This document shows, in pieces, positions 37,537 through 47,543 of a stretch of 64,000 nucleotides of DNA. The stretch is taken from positions 465 to 64,464 of the forward strand of contig JAQWLM010000067.1 of NCBI GenBank assembly GCA_029247315.1. Reading direction: 5' to 3'. Origin of the DNA: Verrucomicrobiota bacterium (GTDB taxonomy: Bacteria; Verrucomicrobiota; Verrucomicrobiia; Limisphaerales; AAA164-E04). The position numbers and the translations under genes were made by a program. The stretch's first letter is position 1. Every line of letters starts with the position of its first letter. The notes beneath the pieces are model-generated. The model saw only the letters and a list, made by a program, of their open reading frames with translations, did no database searches and had not been told where the DNA came from.

Positions 37537-38880
37537 TCAAAGTTCTTTGACATATATACTTGCAAATTCGATGGGGCTACCGCGGTGCTGGAGGCCGATC
37601 GGCCCCATTTTTGGTACACCAGGCAGGGTTGCCTTTTCAATCACGGTGATACCGTTGAGCTCGACGGTCAGACGATCACCCTGCATGGTGATGATAAAAC
37701 GATTCCATTTTCCGATGGCGTTGTCTGCTTTCATTCTCGGGGTAACGCTTGCTCGGATGTCTGGTTCCGTGTCTGGATCATTCCGATACCCGTAGACTTC
37801 CCCTGAACCCACACTCCAGTTCCAAATGTTGACCTGACTTTTCTCACTGCCTCGTAGAAAAATACCACTATCACCTGCAAACATCAATTCCTCGGTCAGT
37901 CGCTTGCCTTGTGCATCCTTGGCGTAGTCCCCGTTTGGAAGAATGACTTGAAATTCACGCTTGGAGGGTTCATTAACCCATCGCCAGTCGCAGATCAGCT
38001 TGAAATTCTCGTAGCTTTGCTCTGTCCACAGGTGTTTTTCTTCGGCGCTGCTTTTGCCATCATAAGTGAGTTTCCAATCTCGCGCCGTCCAGTGATCCTT
38101 GCTCCCATCCGCTACGATCCAACCCTTGAGATCCACTCCGTTGTAAATGGTTTTGAAGCCTTTATCCAATGAAGCTGTCTGCTTTGGGGATGGGTTTGTC
38201 GATGGCAACTCCTTGATGCGAATGTTTCGGTAATCGACTTTGCCACCCTCGGATTCAAGCGCGATGTAGCCCTTGCGAAAGACACATTCTTTCCCACCAG
38301 AGACCTCTTTACCGTTGACGGCCAATTTGATCACCCCATCGTCGCACGTGACGCGATAGTGATTCCATTCCGGTGATGACTTGGATCTCATTTCATCAGG
38401 GAAACTGCGTGAACCCTTACTGGGACTGTCGGGGGTCATGGTGGATCCATGAATTGGAAAGATATCTCCATGGGTAGTGAAGTAGTCTGATTTGCCATAA
38501 GCAGTGTCAAGTATCTGGACTTCGATGGCCCTGAGGAAAGGAACCCCGGGTGCAGTAAGGGGTTCGGCCCACACAAACAGGCCTGCATTGCCTCCCGGAA
38601 CCAGGTGACGCCATTCGAGTTCAAGAATAAAATTCTCGTATTGCCTCTCAGTACGCATGGCCCCCGTGGGAATTCCGGTGCAGTGAATCATGTTGTTCTT
38701 TACCGTCCAGGTGCTTTGAGCTCCATTGACGTTGACCCATCCATCCAAATTACTCCCGTTGAACAGTGGGACATATCCCTCCGCATCCGGGGAGATATGC
38801 TCGCTCGAGACATCTCCTGCCACCGAGGCATAGATCGATAAGCCAATGATACCGCAAAGCCTTGTCACGCTTCTGTACAT
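37537..38880 (-). CDS. Secreted protein with two DUF1080 (3-keto-disaccharide hydrolase-like) domains
   Basis: Signal peptide. Two repeats of the DUF1080 pattern (LFNGSNLDGWVNVNG..W.V.., NF.L..EWR.., GNAGLF.., and ..YRNIRIKEL / ..FASIYVKEL). Confidence 0.8.
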   Translation of the reverse strand: MYRSVTRLCGIIGLSIYASVAGDVSSEHISPDAEGYVPLFNGSNLDGWVNVNGAQSTWTVKNNMIHCTGIPTGAMRTERQYENFILELEWRHLVPGGNAGLFVWAEPLTAPGVPFLRAIEVQILDTAYGKSDYFTTHGDIFPIHGSTMTPDSPSKGSRSFPDEMRSKSSPEWNHYRVTCDDGVIKLAVNGKEVSGGKECVFRKGYIALESEGGKVDYRNIRIKELPSTNPSPKQTASLDKGFKTIYNGVDLKGWIVADGSKDHWTARDWKLTYDGKSSAEEKHLWTEQSYENFKLICDWRWVNEPSKREFQVILPNGDYAKDAQGKRLTEELMFAGDSGIFLRGSEKSQVNIWNWSVGSGEVYGYRNDPDTEPDIRASVTPRMKADNAIGKWNRFIITMQGDRLTVELNGITVIEKATLPGVPKMGPIGLQHRGSPIEFASIYVKEL

Positions 38881-39082
38881 GTGTGTGAATTCTCAATGAG
38901 AATGTGGTATTGAGCAAGTCGATAAAACGTATGTGCACCTCGGGTACTTGCCATCATTCCCATGGAAACGGTCGTTGTGGGTTTTCTTCAGGGGTTATTT
39001 CGTTTTTTTTACATGGTCAGGCCATACTGCGGATTGCATTCACAGTGCAACTCCTTCAGATTGGAGGTGTTTTACAATTACC

Positions 39083-40477
39083 ATGCTATTATCACCATAC
39101 AAAATAAGGGCGCACTCAGCTCCCGCTTGGTGTCTTTTGGTCTTCATGCTTGTCTTGGCATGCCCAAGCATGCCCGGTGCAGAGGTGGAATGGGACGCTC
39201 GTGAAGGCAAACTCTCTGCCGACCTGAGAGGAACACGATTGGGGGATGCCCTCAAGACGCTTGCCAACCACATGGGATGGATTGTTTTTATTGAACCAGG
39301 TCTGGAATCGCGCATGGTTTCCACCCGCTTTACCAACCTTTCGCTTTCGGAGGCCCTGCGACGTATTCTGGGTGGCGTGAATTATGCCCTCATTCATCTG
39401 GAAAAAACGGGATCATCCAAATTGATGGTGTATGCCACAAGCGCTTCAAGCGCAACGCGGGAAATCGAACTTTCAGATCAGGTCGTGATTTTCTACTCCA
39501 AGCGCATCGCTCATGAACTCATTGTGCAGATTAAACCCGGCAGTTCTGTTTCAATCGAAGAGGTGGCAGATGCCCTTGGAGCGGATATCATCGGCAAAGT
39601 GGAAGGTCTCGATGCCTACAGGCTTTCCTTCAACGATGATGCCGATGCCGATAAGGCGCGCCAACGCCTTCGAGGGGCTGAATCTGTTCGAATCAGTGAC
39701 AATTTTGAACTAGGTCGTCCGGGTGATCATCAGACCTTCAGGGGAGGAAATGTCTCGGGGATCTCGCTCAAGCCCAGTGTGACAAAGGGCGACGAAGTGA
39801 TTGTTGGATTAATCGATATGCCTGTCCAGTCGGATGATTCGACCTTGTCTGAGTTTCTTTTGCCGGGAATCAATGTTGGCGGAGAGGTTCTATCGCAGGA
39901 GACTCTGCCTTCGCATGGCACCAGCATGGCTCAGACTGTCTTGAAAGGTATCGAGCTTGGAAACGAGGGAAAACCCGAATCCAGGGTTCGGATTCTTCCC
40001 GTAGACGTGTATGGGGACAGTGAAACCACCACGACATTCCAAGTGACCTCTGGTATCTATGAGGCCGTCAAGGCTGGAGCCAACATTATCAATCTCAGCC
40101 TGGGCGGGACGGAAGCTACGCCGATCATGGAACAGATGATCCACCAAGCTTCCCAGCAAGGGGTACTTGTTATTGGTGCTGCAGGTAACAGTCCAGGTAC
40201 CCATCCTGTTTTTCCTGCCGCCTATCCTGATGTCCTTGCTGTGACCGCCGAGGGCGGTGATGGTGAGGCTGCAGCATACGCAAACACGGGTGCATTTGTG
40301 GATGTGATGATGCCAGGTCGATCCTTCATCGAATACAACGGAACCACTTTCATGATCAATGGCACCTCTGCGTCGGCTGCCTACGTTTCTGGCCTGGCTG
40401 CCTCCCTTTCTGCCAACACAGGTCAGTCCGTGCGTGAGGTGGAGAGGGAGCTTCGGCAAAGACTACCCAGACCATGA
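39083..40477 (+). CDS. S8-family (subtilisin-like) serine peptidase with N-terminal STN-like domain
   Basis: Signal peptide, then an STN-like segment (LSADLRGTRLGDALKTLANHMGWIVFIEPGL..LSLSEALRRILGGVNYAL). Catalytic residues are Asp (VGLIDMPV), His (SHGTSMAQTV), Asn (NLSLGG) and Ser (INGTSASAAYVSGLAA). Internal ATG of ORF 38933-40477. Confidence 0.8.
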   Translation: MLLSPYKIRAHSAPAWCLLVFMLVLACPSMPGAEVEWDAREGKLSADLRGTRLGDALKTLANHMGWIVFIEPGLESRMVSTRFTNLSLSEALRRILGGVNYALIHLEKTGSSKLMVYATSASSATREIELSDQVVIFYSKRIAHELIVQIKPGSSVSIEEVADALGADIIGKVEGLDAYRLSFNDDADADKARQRLRGAESVRISDNFELGRPGDHQTFRGGNVSGISLKPSVTKGDEVIVGLIDMPVQSDDSTLSEFLLPGINVGGEVLSQETLPSHGTSMAQTVLKGIELGNEGKPESRVRILPVDVYGDSETTTTFQVTSGIYEAVKAGANIINLSLGGTEATPIMEQMIHQASQQGVLVIGAAGNSPGTHPVFPAAYPDVLAVTAEGGDGEAAAYANTGAFVDVMMPGRSFIEYNGTTFMINGTSASAAYVSGLAASLSANTGQSVREVERELRQRLPRP

Positions 40478-40619
40478 ATGCCCGGGACGCCTGGTCATTC
40501 CTCTGCACCGGCATCGAGTCTGTTGAGAATACGTTTTGCCATTTTTTGCTTTGGGTCTCCTTGTAGGTTTCCGGTATCGTCATCATTCTTCCGCCCCGCA
40601 GCGTGGCTGCAAAGTTGCT

Positions 40620-41423
40620 TCACCCCATGCCCTCTTGGCATTCAATGATACTCTGGGTAATCATGCGTATGGCAATGGATGCGGCAGCAAAGCCAAACGC
40701 TCCTGTTACATGGGTTACACTTCCGTATCCATCTGCACAGCCCTGGTGGTCGGAAATATCCTTCTCTGAGTCGGTGTCGCAGTGCTCTTTGAAATGGGCT
40801 GGATGCTGGGTGGATTCGGGTGAAAAAACGCATGGAATACCAAAAGGTTTCTTGTGATCCCTTGGAAACCCATGCGTGGTTCGAAGTTGTTTTCGTACCT
40901 TTTGCAATAACCGGTCGTGGTGTGCTCTGCTGAGGTCCGCCGTCCGTATTTGAAATGTATCGATGCGACCGCCTGCGGCTCCTGTGCTGATGATTTTTAC
41001 CCCCATTTGACGGGTCAAACTCAGTAAAAGACACTTGGCTTGAAGACGATCAATGGCATCAACAACGACATCGTAAGGTTCTGCAAGGATTTCCTTGGCT
41101 GTGGACTCGGTGAAAAAAGAAGCCTTGGGCTCCACGCAGCAGTTGGGGTTGATATTCTCGATTCGGCGTTTCATGGCCTCTACCTTCGGTTGTCCTATTT
41201 CAACCTGAATGGCCTCCACCTGGCGATTTATGTTGGTGACACATACCTCATCCATGTCAACGAGGGTGATGCGTTCTACGCCGCTGCGAGCCAAGGCTTC
41301 CGTTGTCCATGACCCGACACCACCAATGCCGACCACACATACATGCGCGCCGCGAATCCTCTTTGCGGCTTCTTTACCGTAGAGACGCTCGATGCCACCA
41401 AACCGTTGTTCCCATGGATTCAT
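40620..41423 (-). CDS. tcdA: tRNA threonylcarbamoyladenosine dehydratase (ThiF/E1-like, TcdA/CsdL)
   Basis: Motifs FGGIERLYG.., ..HVCVVGIGGVGSW..EALARSG...ITLVDMDEVCVTNINRQ.. and ..VVDAID... Confidence 0.85.
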   Translation of the reverse strand: MNPWEQRFGGIERLYGKEAAKRIRGAHVCVVGIGGVGSWTTEALARSGVERITLVDMDEVCVTNINRQVEAIQVEIGQPKVEAMKRRIENINPNCCVEPKASFFTESTAKEILAEPYDVVVDAIDRLQAKCLLLSLTRQMGVKIISTGAAGGRIDTFQIRTADLSRAHHDRLLQKVRKQLRTTHGFPRDHKKPFGIPCVFSPESTQHPAHFKEHCDTDSEKDISDHQGCADGYGSVTHVTGAFGFAAASIAIRMITQSIIECQEGMG

Positions 41424-42793
41424 TCGCTTGTGCTGGATGTTGGGGCATCCCTTAGAACCTCCGTGGATGGAGATAAATCCTTCATTTCCATTTCGGTGTG
41501 ATGTGCCAATTTGAGCATACGTTCGCCACTGGGTCGGATGGAGCGTTCATAACTTCCGATGGCCTTATTGTAAGCCCCGGTGGCAGTGTCCAGCCCGCTT
41601 CGAATCTTGTCCAGATGATCAATGAAAACGGCGATACGCTTGTAAAGTTCTTCGGCGGCCTGAGCGATGGCCCGGGCATTCTCAGTCTGGGCATGTTGTT
41701 TCCAACTGACACTGACGGATCTCAGCAGGGCGATCAGGGAGGCAGGGGTGGCGATCAGAATGTGATGTTCAGCCGCCCAGACGATGAGTTCCCTGTCTGC
41801 CTCCAGTGCCGCGCTGAAAAGGGACTCAGCAGGCAAAAAAAGGACCACATGATCCAGTGCATTTGGAAACTTGTCCGGGTAATCACGACCCGCCAGCTCG
41901 CGGATCGTAAGGCGTAGTTTCGATGCATGGACCGAGAGCATCTCGGATCGCCTGCTCGCATCGGCTTCCTCCACCTTTCCGATGAAATCTAGTTCCGGTA
42001 CCTTGGCATCCACGACAATCATGCGATCTCCAGGTAGATTGACGATCATGTCGGGCTTGGCATCTCCGGATTGTACCTGTTCCACAAAGTCGCAATGCAT
42101 GCTCATCCCAGCAGCTTCCACGACGCGTTTCAGTGTTTCTTCACCCCACCTTCCTCGGGCCTGGTTGGAACTGAGAATGCGCCTCAGTTGAAGTGTTTCC
42201 TGTGAGAGGCTTTGGCTGTGAGTCGCAAGAGCCTCCAGGTGATGTTTGAGTTCACCAAAGGTTTTGGAATGGTCTTTCTCGCTTTCGCTCAATTGATGAC
42301 GATAGCCCCTGAGTTGTTCCTCCAGCGGTTTGACCAGTGCCGCCACTGCTTCTTGTCTCCGCGAGAGGTCTCCCTTGGCAGTCTCCTGGAGGGTGGCGAA
42401 ACTTTCTTTCGCCAACTGCAGGAATACGGGATGGGTTTCCTTGAGTGCGTCAGCGCTCAGTGCCTTGAAAGTATCTTTCAAGTCCTGCAGTGCCTTGGCG
42501 TGATCCTGCCGGAGGCGCTGGAAAGCCTCTTCGTGCAGTTGCGCTTGCATGGCTTGATGTTTTTCGGCCGACTCCAGCCTTGCCTCTGCATCTGACTTGC
42601 CGGAGCGTTGGATATCAAGATCCTGCCTCAAAGACTCGATCGCATGATCCTTTTGAGCACGTTGTTCCCTGAGTTCCTGTTCCAACCTCAAGGCAGCCTG
42701 ATCCTGGCGTGAAGCGCCTGCTCTCAGTGATAATAACCATCCGATCAGTCCACCCAAGGCGAGTCCCATCAATAGAGGTATCCAGTCTGACAT
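41420..42793 (-). CDS. rmuC: DNA recombination protein RmuC
   Basis: N-terminal TM helix, a long coiled coil, and the RmuC C-terminal nuclease-like domain (..WGEETLKRVVEAAGM..DFVEQ..PDMIVNLPGDRMIVVDAK..). 4-nt overlap with tcdA. Confidence 0.88.
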   Translation of the reverse strand: MSDWIPLLMGLALGGLIGWLLSLRAGASRQDQAALRLEQELREQRAQKDHAIESLRQDLDIQRSGKSDAEARLESAEKHQAMQAQLHEEAFQRLRQDHAKALQDLKDTFKALSADALKETHPVFLQLAKESFATLQETAKGDLSRRQEAVAALVKPLEEQLRGYRHQLSESEKDHSKTFGELKHHLEALATHSQSLSQETLQLRRILSSNQARGRWGEETLKRVVEAAGMSMHCDFVEQVQSGDAKPDMIVNLPGDRMIVVDAKVPELDFIGKVEEADASRRSEMLSVHASKLRLTIRELAGRDYPDKFPNALDHVVLFLPAESLFSAALEADRELIVWAAEHHILIATPASLIALLRSVSVSWKQHAQTENARAIAQAAEELYKRIAVFIDHLDKIRSGLDTATGAYNKAIGSYERSIRPSGERMLKLAHHTEMEMKDLSPSTEVLRDAPTSSTSE

Positions 42794-42798
42794 TCGGG

Positions 42799-43179
42799 CT
42801 AATAATGAGCAATGGCCTCGATTTCGACACGTGCTCCCATTGGAAGGCCTGCAACTTGAATGGTAGACCGTGCGGGGAAACTGGACTCGAAGTAACGGCT
42901 ATATACCACATTGACCTGGCCGAATTCAGCAAGATCTATCATGAAGATGGTTGTTTTTACCACATTTTCAAGGCCAAGTCCCTCGCTCTCAAGCAAGATC
43001 TTAAGGTTTTCAAGTACACGAGCAGCCTGCTTCTCGATACCACCCTCGACGAGTGCATTCGTCTCAGGATTCAGTGGTATCTGTCCTGCCGTAAACAACA
43101 AGTTACCAATGCGTGATCCGTGGTTGTAAGGTCCGATGGCTGCGGGCGATGCTGGTGGTGAAAAAGTCTTTTTTTCCAT
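42799..43179 (-). CDS. ridA: RidA/YjgF-family reactive intermediate deaminase
   Basis: Motifs ..AIGPYNHGSRIGNLLFTAGQIPLNPET.., ..DLAEFGQVNVVYSRYF..PARSTIQVAGLPMGARVEIEAIA. The ATG at 43179 gives the usual 126 aa. Confidence 0.9.
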   Translation of the reverse strand: MEKKTFSPPASPAAIGPYNHGSRIGNLLFTAGQIPLNPETNALVEGGIEKQAARVLENLKILLESEGLGLENVVKTTIFMIDLAEFGQVNVVYSRYFESSFPARSTIQVAGLPMGARVEIEAIAHY

Positions 43180-43429
43180 GATGATGCTTCCTGTGGATGC
43201 TACCTGAGTCCAGGTAAAAGACAAACCTACAATTCAGAAGTATCTGTCCCTGAACTTGTGACTCTGTATCGATGATAATGGGAGTATCTGGTTTTCCTGA
43301 GCTTATCGGAAATGTCCGATTTGAAATCCTCGATCTGGCATGAAGGCGGTGTCTGCAACTAGATTCATTGGGAGAGTATGCCAAATATCACTTGCACCGA
43401 GGCTAGCAACTGCCCACAGTGTCGTTGGA

Positions 43430-44014
43430 ATGATGTTAGAGTGTAAGGAATCAGAACAAAAAACGCAGGTCTCAAGCAAGGTCGTGGAGTCCTTGTTAAA
43501 GCAACGGACCATCACCCTTTTTGGGGAAATAAATCAGGAGGCCGCTGAGAAGGTGACCCAAAACCTTCTCTGCATGGATCATGAGTCACCGGATCCCATT
43601 CGCCTGATCATCAATTCGCAGGGTGGGCATGTGGAGTCTGGAGACACCATATTTGACATGATTCGATTTGTTAAATCGAAGGTCTATGTGATTGGCACGG
43701 GTTGGGTTGCCAGTGCTGGAGCCCTGATTTATGTGGCGGCTCCCAAAAAGTACCGGTTCAGCTTGCCAAATACCCGGTTCATGCTCCATCAACCCATGGG
43801 AGGCGTCGGAGGATCGGCCTCTGATGCGGAAATTGAGGCGCGCGAGATTATCAAAATGCGTGAGCGGCTTAACCAGACCTTTGCCGACCAGACCGGGCAA
43901 CCCATTGAGAAAGTACGCGAGGACAGTGACCGGAATTTCTGGATGGACCCCAAGGAAGCAGTGGCATACGGGGTGGCTGGAAAAGTCATCAAGAGCATTG
44001 GTGATCTCCCTTGA
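43430..44014 (+). CDS. clpP: ATP-dependent Clp protease proteolytic subunit
   Basis: Motifs ..RTITLFGEIN..LIINSQGGHVESG..IGTGWVASAGALI.. (Ser), ..MLHQPMGG.. (His), and ..DSDRNFWMDPKEAVAYG.. (Asp). Internal ATG of ORF 43340-44014. No clpX adjacent. Confidence 0.88.
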   Translation: MMLECKESEQKTQVSSKVVESLLKQRTITLFGEINQEAAEKVTQNLLCMDHESPDPIRLIINSQGGHVESGDTIFDMIRFVKSKVYVIGTGWVASAGALIYVAAPKKYRFSLPNTRFMLHQPMGGVGGSASDAEIEAREIIKMRERLNQTFADQTGQPIEKVREDSDRNFWMDPKEAVAYGVAGKVIKSIGDLP

Positions 44015-44121
44015 TGGATACTTGATTACGGTTTCTGATCAAAGCATCTTGAGATCAGTCAAAGTTGCTGCGTTGTCGTTATGAACACCAATGTGAACTC
44101 TTCCATGCAGATGGTAAAAAC

Positions 44122-45648
44122 ATGACTTGGATCTTAATTATTATTGGATTGCTCGTGGGTGTGGCCGTTTTTGACCTTTGTCAGAAAAAGCATGCTATCC
44201 TGAGGAATTTTCCAATCATTGGTCATTTTCGATACCTGCTGGAGGCAATTGGACCAGAATTGCGTCAGTATATTGTCACGGACAACGACGAGGAGCGCCC
44301 TTTTTCACGTGACCAGCGCCGTTGGGTTTATGCGACCTCGAAAAAGCAAAATGATTATTATGGCTTTGGCACCGATAATGATCTGGAGCTTTCGCCCAAT
44401 TACATTTTCATCAAGCACAGTGTCTTTCCGCTGAATCGATCCCTGGGCTCCCCGCATTACCGGATTCCCTGTGCCAAGGTCATGGGCGCTGCGCGTGGTC
44501 GGGCCAAGGCTTTCCGTCTCCCTTCTGTGGTCAATCTTTCCGCCATGAGTTTTGGCAGTCTCAGTGGTCCCGCGGTTGAATCCATCAACCGTGGTTGCGC
44601 CCTGGCAGGTGCGTTGCACAATACTGGAGAGGGAGGTATTTCAAGGCATCACCTGCATGGTGGCGATCTCATTTGGCAGATAGGTACAGGTTACTTTGGA
44701 TGCAGGAATCAGGATGGCCAGTTTGACCTGGAGGCCTTTCGCAGTGTGGTGCAGCGTTACCCCCAGATTCGCGCCATTGAGGTCAAACTGAGTCAGGGAG
44801 CAAAAGCGGGCCTTGGTGGTGTTGTTCTGGCTCAGAAAGTTACCCCTGAAATTGCCTCCATTCGAGGAATTCAACCTGGTAAGGATTGTTTGAGCCCTCC
44901 ATCCCACAGCACCTTCTCGGATGCGGACAGTCTTCTTGATTTTGTGGAATTGCTAGCGGAGGTTTCAGGTCTTCCGGTGGGTATTAAATCTGCCGTGGGG
45001 CAGACTTTATTCTGGGAAGATTTAGCGCAACAGATGTCTTCCGGTTCGCGCGGTCTTGATTTCGTGACCATCGACGGTGGCGAGGGTGGTACCGGTGCGG
45101 CACCACTGGTGTTTTCAGATCATGTGGCACTGCCTTTTAAACAGGCCTTTGCCAGAGTTTATTCAAGATTTGCCGAAAAAAATCTTACCGATAAACTTGT
45201 TTTCATGGGATCTGGAAAGCTTGGCTTTCCAGAGTCCGCGATTGTGGCCTTTGCATTGGGGTGTGATGCTTTGTCGGTTGGGCGTGAAGCCATGCTTGCC
45301 ATTGGATGCATTCAGGCTCAGCGATGTCACACCGGCCATTGTCCCACAGGTGTGGCCACCCAGAATCCTTGGCTGATGCGTGGCCTTGATCCGACTCAAA
45401 AATCTTTTCGCCTTGCAAATTACATCAAGGTGCTGCGCAAGGAAATTCTGCGTGTCTGTCATGCTTCTGGAGTCCTTCATCCATGTCTGATGGACTCTGG
45501 TCATATTGAGCTTTCCGATGGGCGTTCAGGTATGAAGTCACTTGATGCCACCTACGGTTATTCTTCAGTTCATTCTTCGGTCAATCCCGAGTGGCTTGCA
45601 GAGCTCAATACCCTCATGGAGGAAGCGGCACAGCCCACTGCCCCATGA
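44122..45648 (+). CDS. FMN-binding glutamate synthase-family protein (GltB domain-2-like)
   Basis: N-terminal TM helix, and motifs ..SAMSFGSLSGPAVESINRGCALAGALHNTGEGGIS.., ..IEVKLSQGAKAG.GG.., ..DFVTIDGGEGGTGAAP... Confidence 0.85.
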   Translation: MTWILIIIGLLVGVAVFDLCQKKHAILRNFPIIGHFRYLLEAIGPELRQYIVTDNDEERPFSRDQRRWVYATSKKQNDYYGFGTDNDLELSPNYIFIKHSVFPLNRSLGSPHYRIPCAKVMGAARGRAKAFRLPSVVNLSAMSFGSLSGPAVESINRGCALAGALHNTGEGGISRHHLHGGDLIWQIGTGYFGCRNQDGQFDLEAFRSVVQRYPQIRAIEVKLSQGAKAGLGGVVLAQKVTPEIASIRGIQPGKDCLSPPSHSTFSDADSLLDFVELLAEVSGLPVGIKSAVGQTLFWEDLAQQMSSGSRGLDFVTIDGGEGGTGAAPLVFSDHVALPFKQAFARVYSRFAEKNLTDKLVFMGSGKLGFPESAIVAFALGCDALSVGREAMLAIGCIQAQRCHTGHCPTGVATQNPWLMRGLDPTQKSFRLANYIKVLRKEILRVCHASGVLHPCLMDSGHIELSDGRSGMKSLDATYGYSSVHSSVNPEWLAELNTLMEEAAQPTAP

Positions 45649-45718
45649 AGAGTGTCATGCAGGTGTCGGCATGGCTGGGCGAAAGACCCTGCCAGCAGGG
45701 TGTGCGCACAAGGTGCCC

Positions 45719-46699
45719 ATGACGGATTCACCCCATATTCGAGGTGCCAGGAAGGTCTTTAAGACGGAACTCATGGCGCTGGAGCATGTTCATGATCTCC
45801 TGGGTGATTCCTTTCATCTGACTGTTGAATGTCTGGTCAAGGCGATGGCTTCCAAGTCAAAAGTTGTGGTGGTGGGAGTGGGTAAATCAGGTAACATCGG
45901 CCGAAAGATTGCCGCCACTCTGACCAGCACGGGCACCACCAGCGTATTTTTGGACAGTGTCGATGCGCTGCACGGAGATGTGGGTGTTGTTACCGATGGG
46001 GATGTCATCCTGATGTTGAGTTACTCGGGTGAGACGGATGAATTACTGAATCTATTGCCCGTGCTGAAGCGGTTTCAGGTCCAACTCATAGGGATGACGG
46101 GCGTGCGGACCTCTGCACTGGCTCGTTCCTGCAACCTGATTCTTGACGTCGAAGTACCCAGAGAGGCATGTCCCTTTAATCTGGCTCCCACATCAAGCAC
46201 AACCGCGATGCTGGTGATGGGCGATGCCCTCGCCATGGCAGTGCTACAGGCCAGGGGTTTTCGAAAAGCCGATTTTGCCGCACGTCACCCTTCCGGTGCG
46301 ATTGGAAGGGCCCTGCTTCTCAGCATCAGGGATGTGATGAGGAAGGGCGAACGAAATCCTGTTGCTACGGCATCAACATCCGTTCGAGAGGCCTTGATCA
46401 TCATGGGACGCACCAAGTCGGGTTGCGTCAGTGTGGTGGATGAAGCGAACAGGCTTGTGGGGATTTTCACTGACGGTGACCTGCGTCGTTACCTGTCCCA
46501 TAAGGCACACCCTCTGGAAGCCTCTGTGGGGGGAGTCATGTCGCCCAATCCGGTTACCATTCAACAAGACGCTTTGGCCGTCGAGGCCTTGAACCTTTTT
46601 GACAAGCAGAACATTGATGATCTCATCGTGATCAATGCAGAGGGTGTGCCTGTGGGTCTCATCGACACGCAGGATCTTCCCAAGATGAAACTCATGTAA
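45719..46699 (+). CDS. kpsF: Arabinose-5-phosphate isomerase (SIS domain + tandem CBS), KpsF/GutQ family
   Basis: Motifs ..VVVVGVGKSGNIGRKIAATLTSTGT..LMLSYSGETDE..TSSTTAMLVMGDALA.., followed by two CBS repeats. Start chosen at the internal ATG at 45719; 45671 is also possible. Confidence 0.85.
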   Translation: MTDSPHIRGARKVFKTELMALEHVHDLLGDSFHLTVECLVKAMASKSKVVVVGVGKSGNIGRKIAATLTSTGTTSVFLDSVDALHGDVGVVTDGDVILMLSYSGETDELLNLLPVLKRFQVQLIGMTGVRTSALARSCNLILDVEVPREACPFNLAPTSSTTAMLVMGDALAMAVLQARGFRKADFAARHPSGAIGRALLLSIRDVMRKGERNPVATASTSVREALIIMGRTKSGCVSVVDEANRLVGIFTDGDLRRYLSHKAHPLEASVGGVMSPNPVTIQQDALAVEALNLFDKQNIDDLIVINAEGVPVGLIDTQDLPKMKLM

Positions 46700-46965
46700 C
46701 AGGGGTAATCGTTCATCCCTTAGATACCCCTTGACCCAGTTGATTTGTCAGCGTAACCCTTTTCTTTCCGCATTCTCCGCAGGTCCTTTGATGTGATCTT
46801 TTATTATGGTGTTTATTTTCCTAACGTATTCTCGTAAAGTGAGATGAAACAAGTTCAGCTTCCTTTTTTTCCTGACTGGCAAGTGCCTCTAACCCGACCT
46901 CAGAGGAGGTTTTCTCCAAAAATATCTGTAACCAGCCCTCAGGGCTTCCCGTCTGTTCTCCTGTT

Positions 46966-47505
46966 ATGATTAAATCTATTCCATCTTTTGCAATCATCGC
47001 CCTCGTTGCGATGCATTTTCTGGCTCCCTCGGAAATGATGGCTCAGGGCCGTGGTGAAGGCCGTGGTGAAGGCCGTGGCGGTCGTGGCGGTTTCAACATG
47101 GAGGAATTCCGTGCTCGAATGATGGATCGCATGAAGGAACAATTCGGCTTTTCTGACGCCGAATTCAAGGCGATCCTTCCTTTGATCGAGGAAGTTCAGG
47201 AAAAACAGCGCGCAGCGCGTAGCGGCGGGGGTATGAGTTCCATGATGAGCAGCCTCTTTGGTCGCGGAGGACGGGGTGGTGAAGGGCGGGGAGGTGAGCG
47301 AGGACGAGGGCGCGGTGGTAGTCCCGAACTTGAGGCCCTGCAGGGTGCCATCGAGTCAGGTGCCAACATTGAGGCCAAGCTCAAGGATTTTCGGGCGGCT
47401 CGTGCTAAGAAAGAGGCCGCACTTAAGAACTCGCAGGATACCCTGAAGGCTGTTCTGACCGTCAAGCAGGAGGCGGTTGCCGTGATGGTCGGTTTGATTC
47501 CATGA
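46966..47505 (+). CDS. Secreted Spy/CpxP-like (LTXXQ motif) protein with Gly/Arg-rich repeats
   Basis: Signal peptide ..FLAPSEMMAQ, GRGEGRGEGRGGRGG, helical segments (FSDAEFKAILPLIEEVQEKQ), and LTVKQ (LTXXQ) near the C-terminus. Lies 38 nt upstream of gspE. Confidence 0.6.
   Translation: MIKSIPSFAIIALVAMHFLAPSEMMAQGRGEGRGEGRGGRGGFNMEEFRARMMDRMKEQFGFSDAEFKAILPLIEEVQEKQRAARSGGGMSSMMSSLFGRGGRGGEGRGGERGRGRGGSPELEALQGAIESGANIEAKLKDFRAARAKKEAALKNSQDTLKAVLTVKQEAVAVMVGLIP
47047..47091 (+). repeat. Short in-frame tandem repeat encoding (GRGE)2-GRGGRGG
   Basis: ggccgtggtgaa ggccgtggtgaa ggccgtggcggt cgtggcggt, read directly from the sequence. Confidence 0.8.
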
Positions 47506-47543
47506 GGGATCCTGTCCTCTGACCACCTATTCACCGACTTGCC

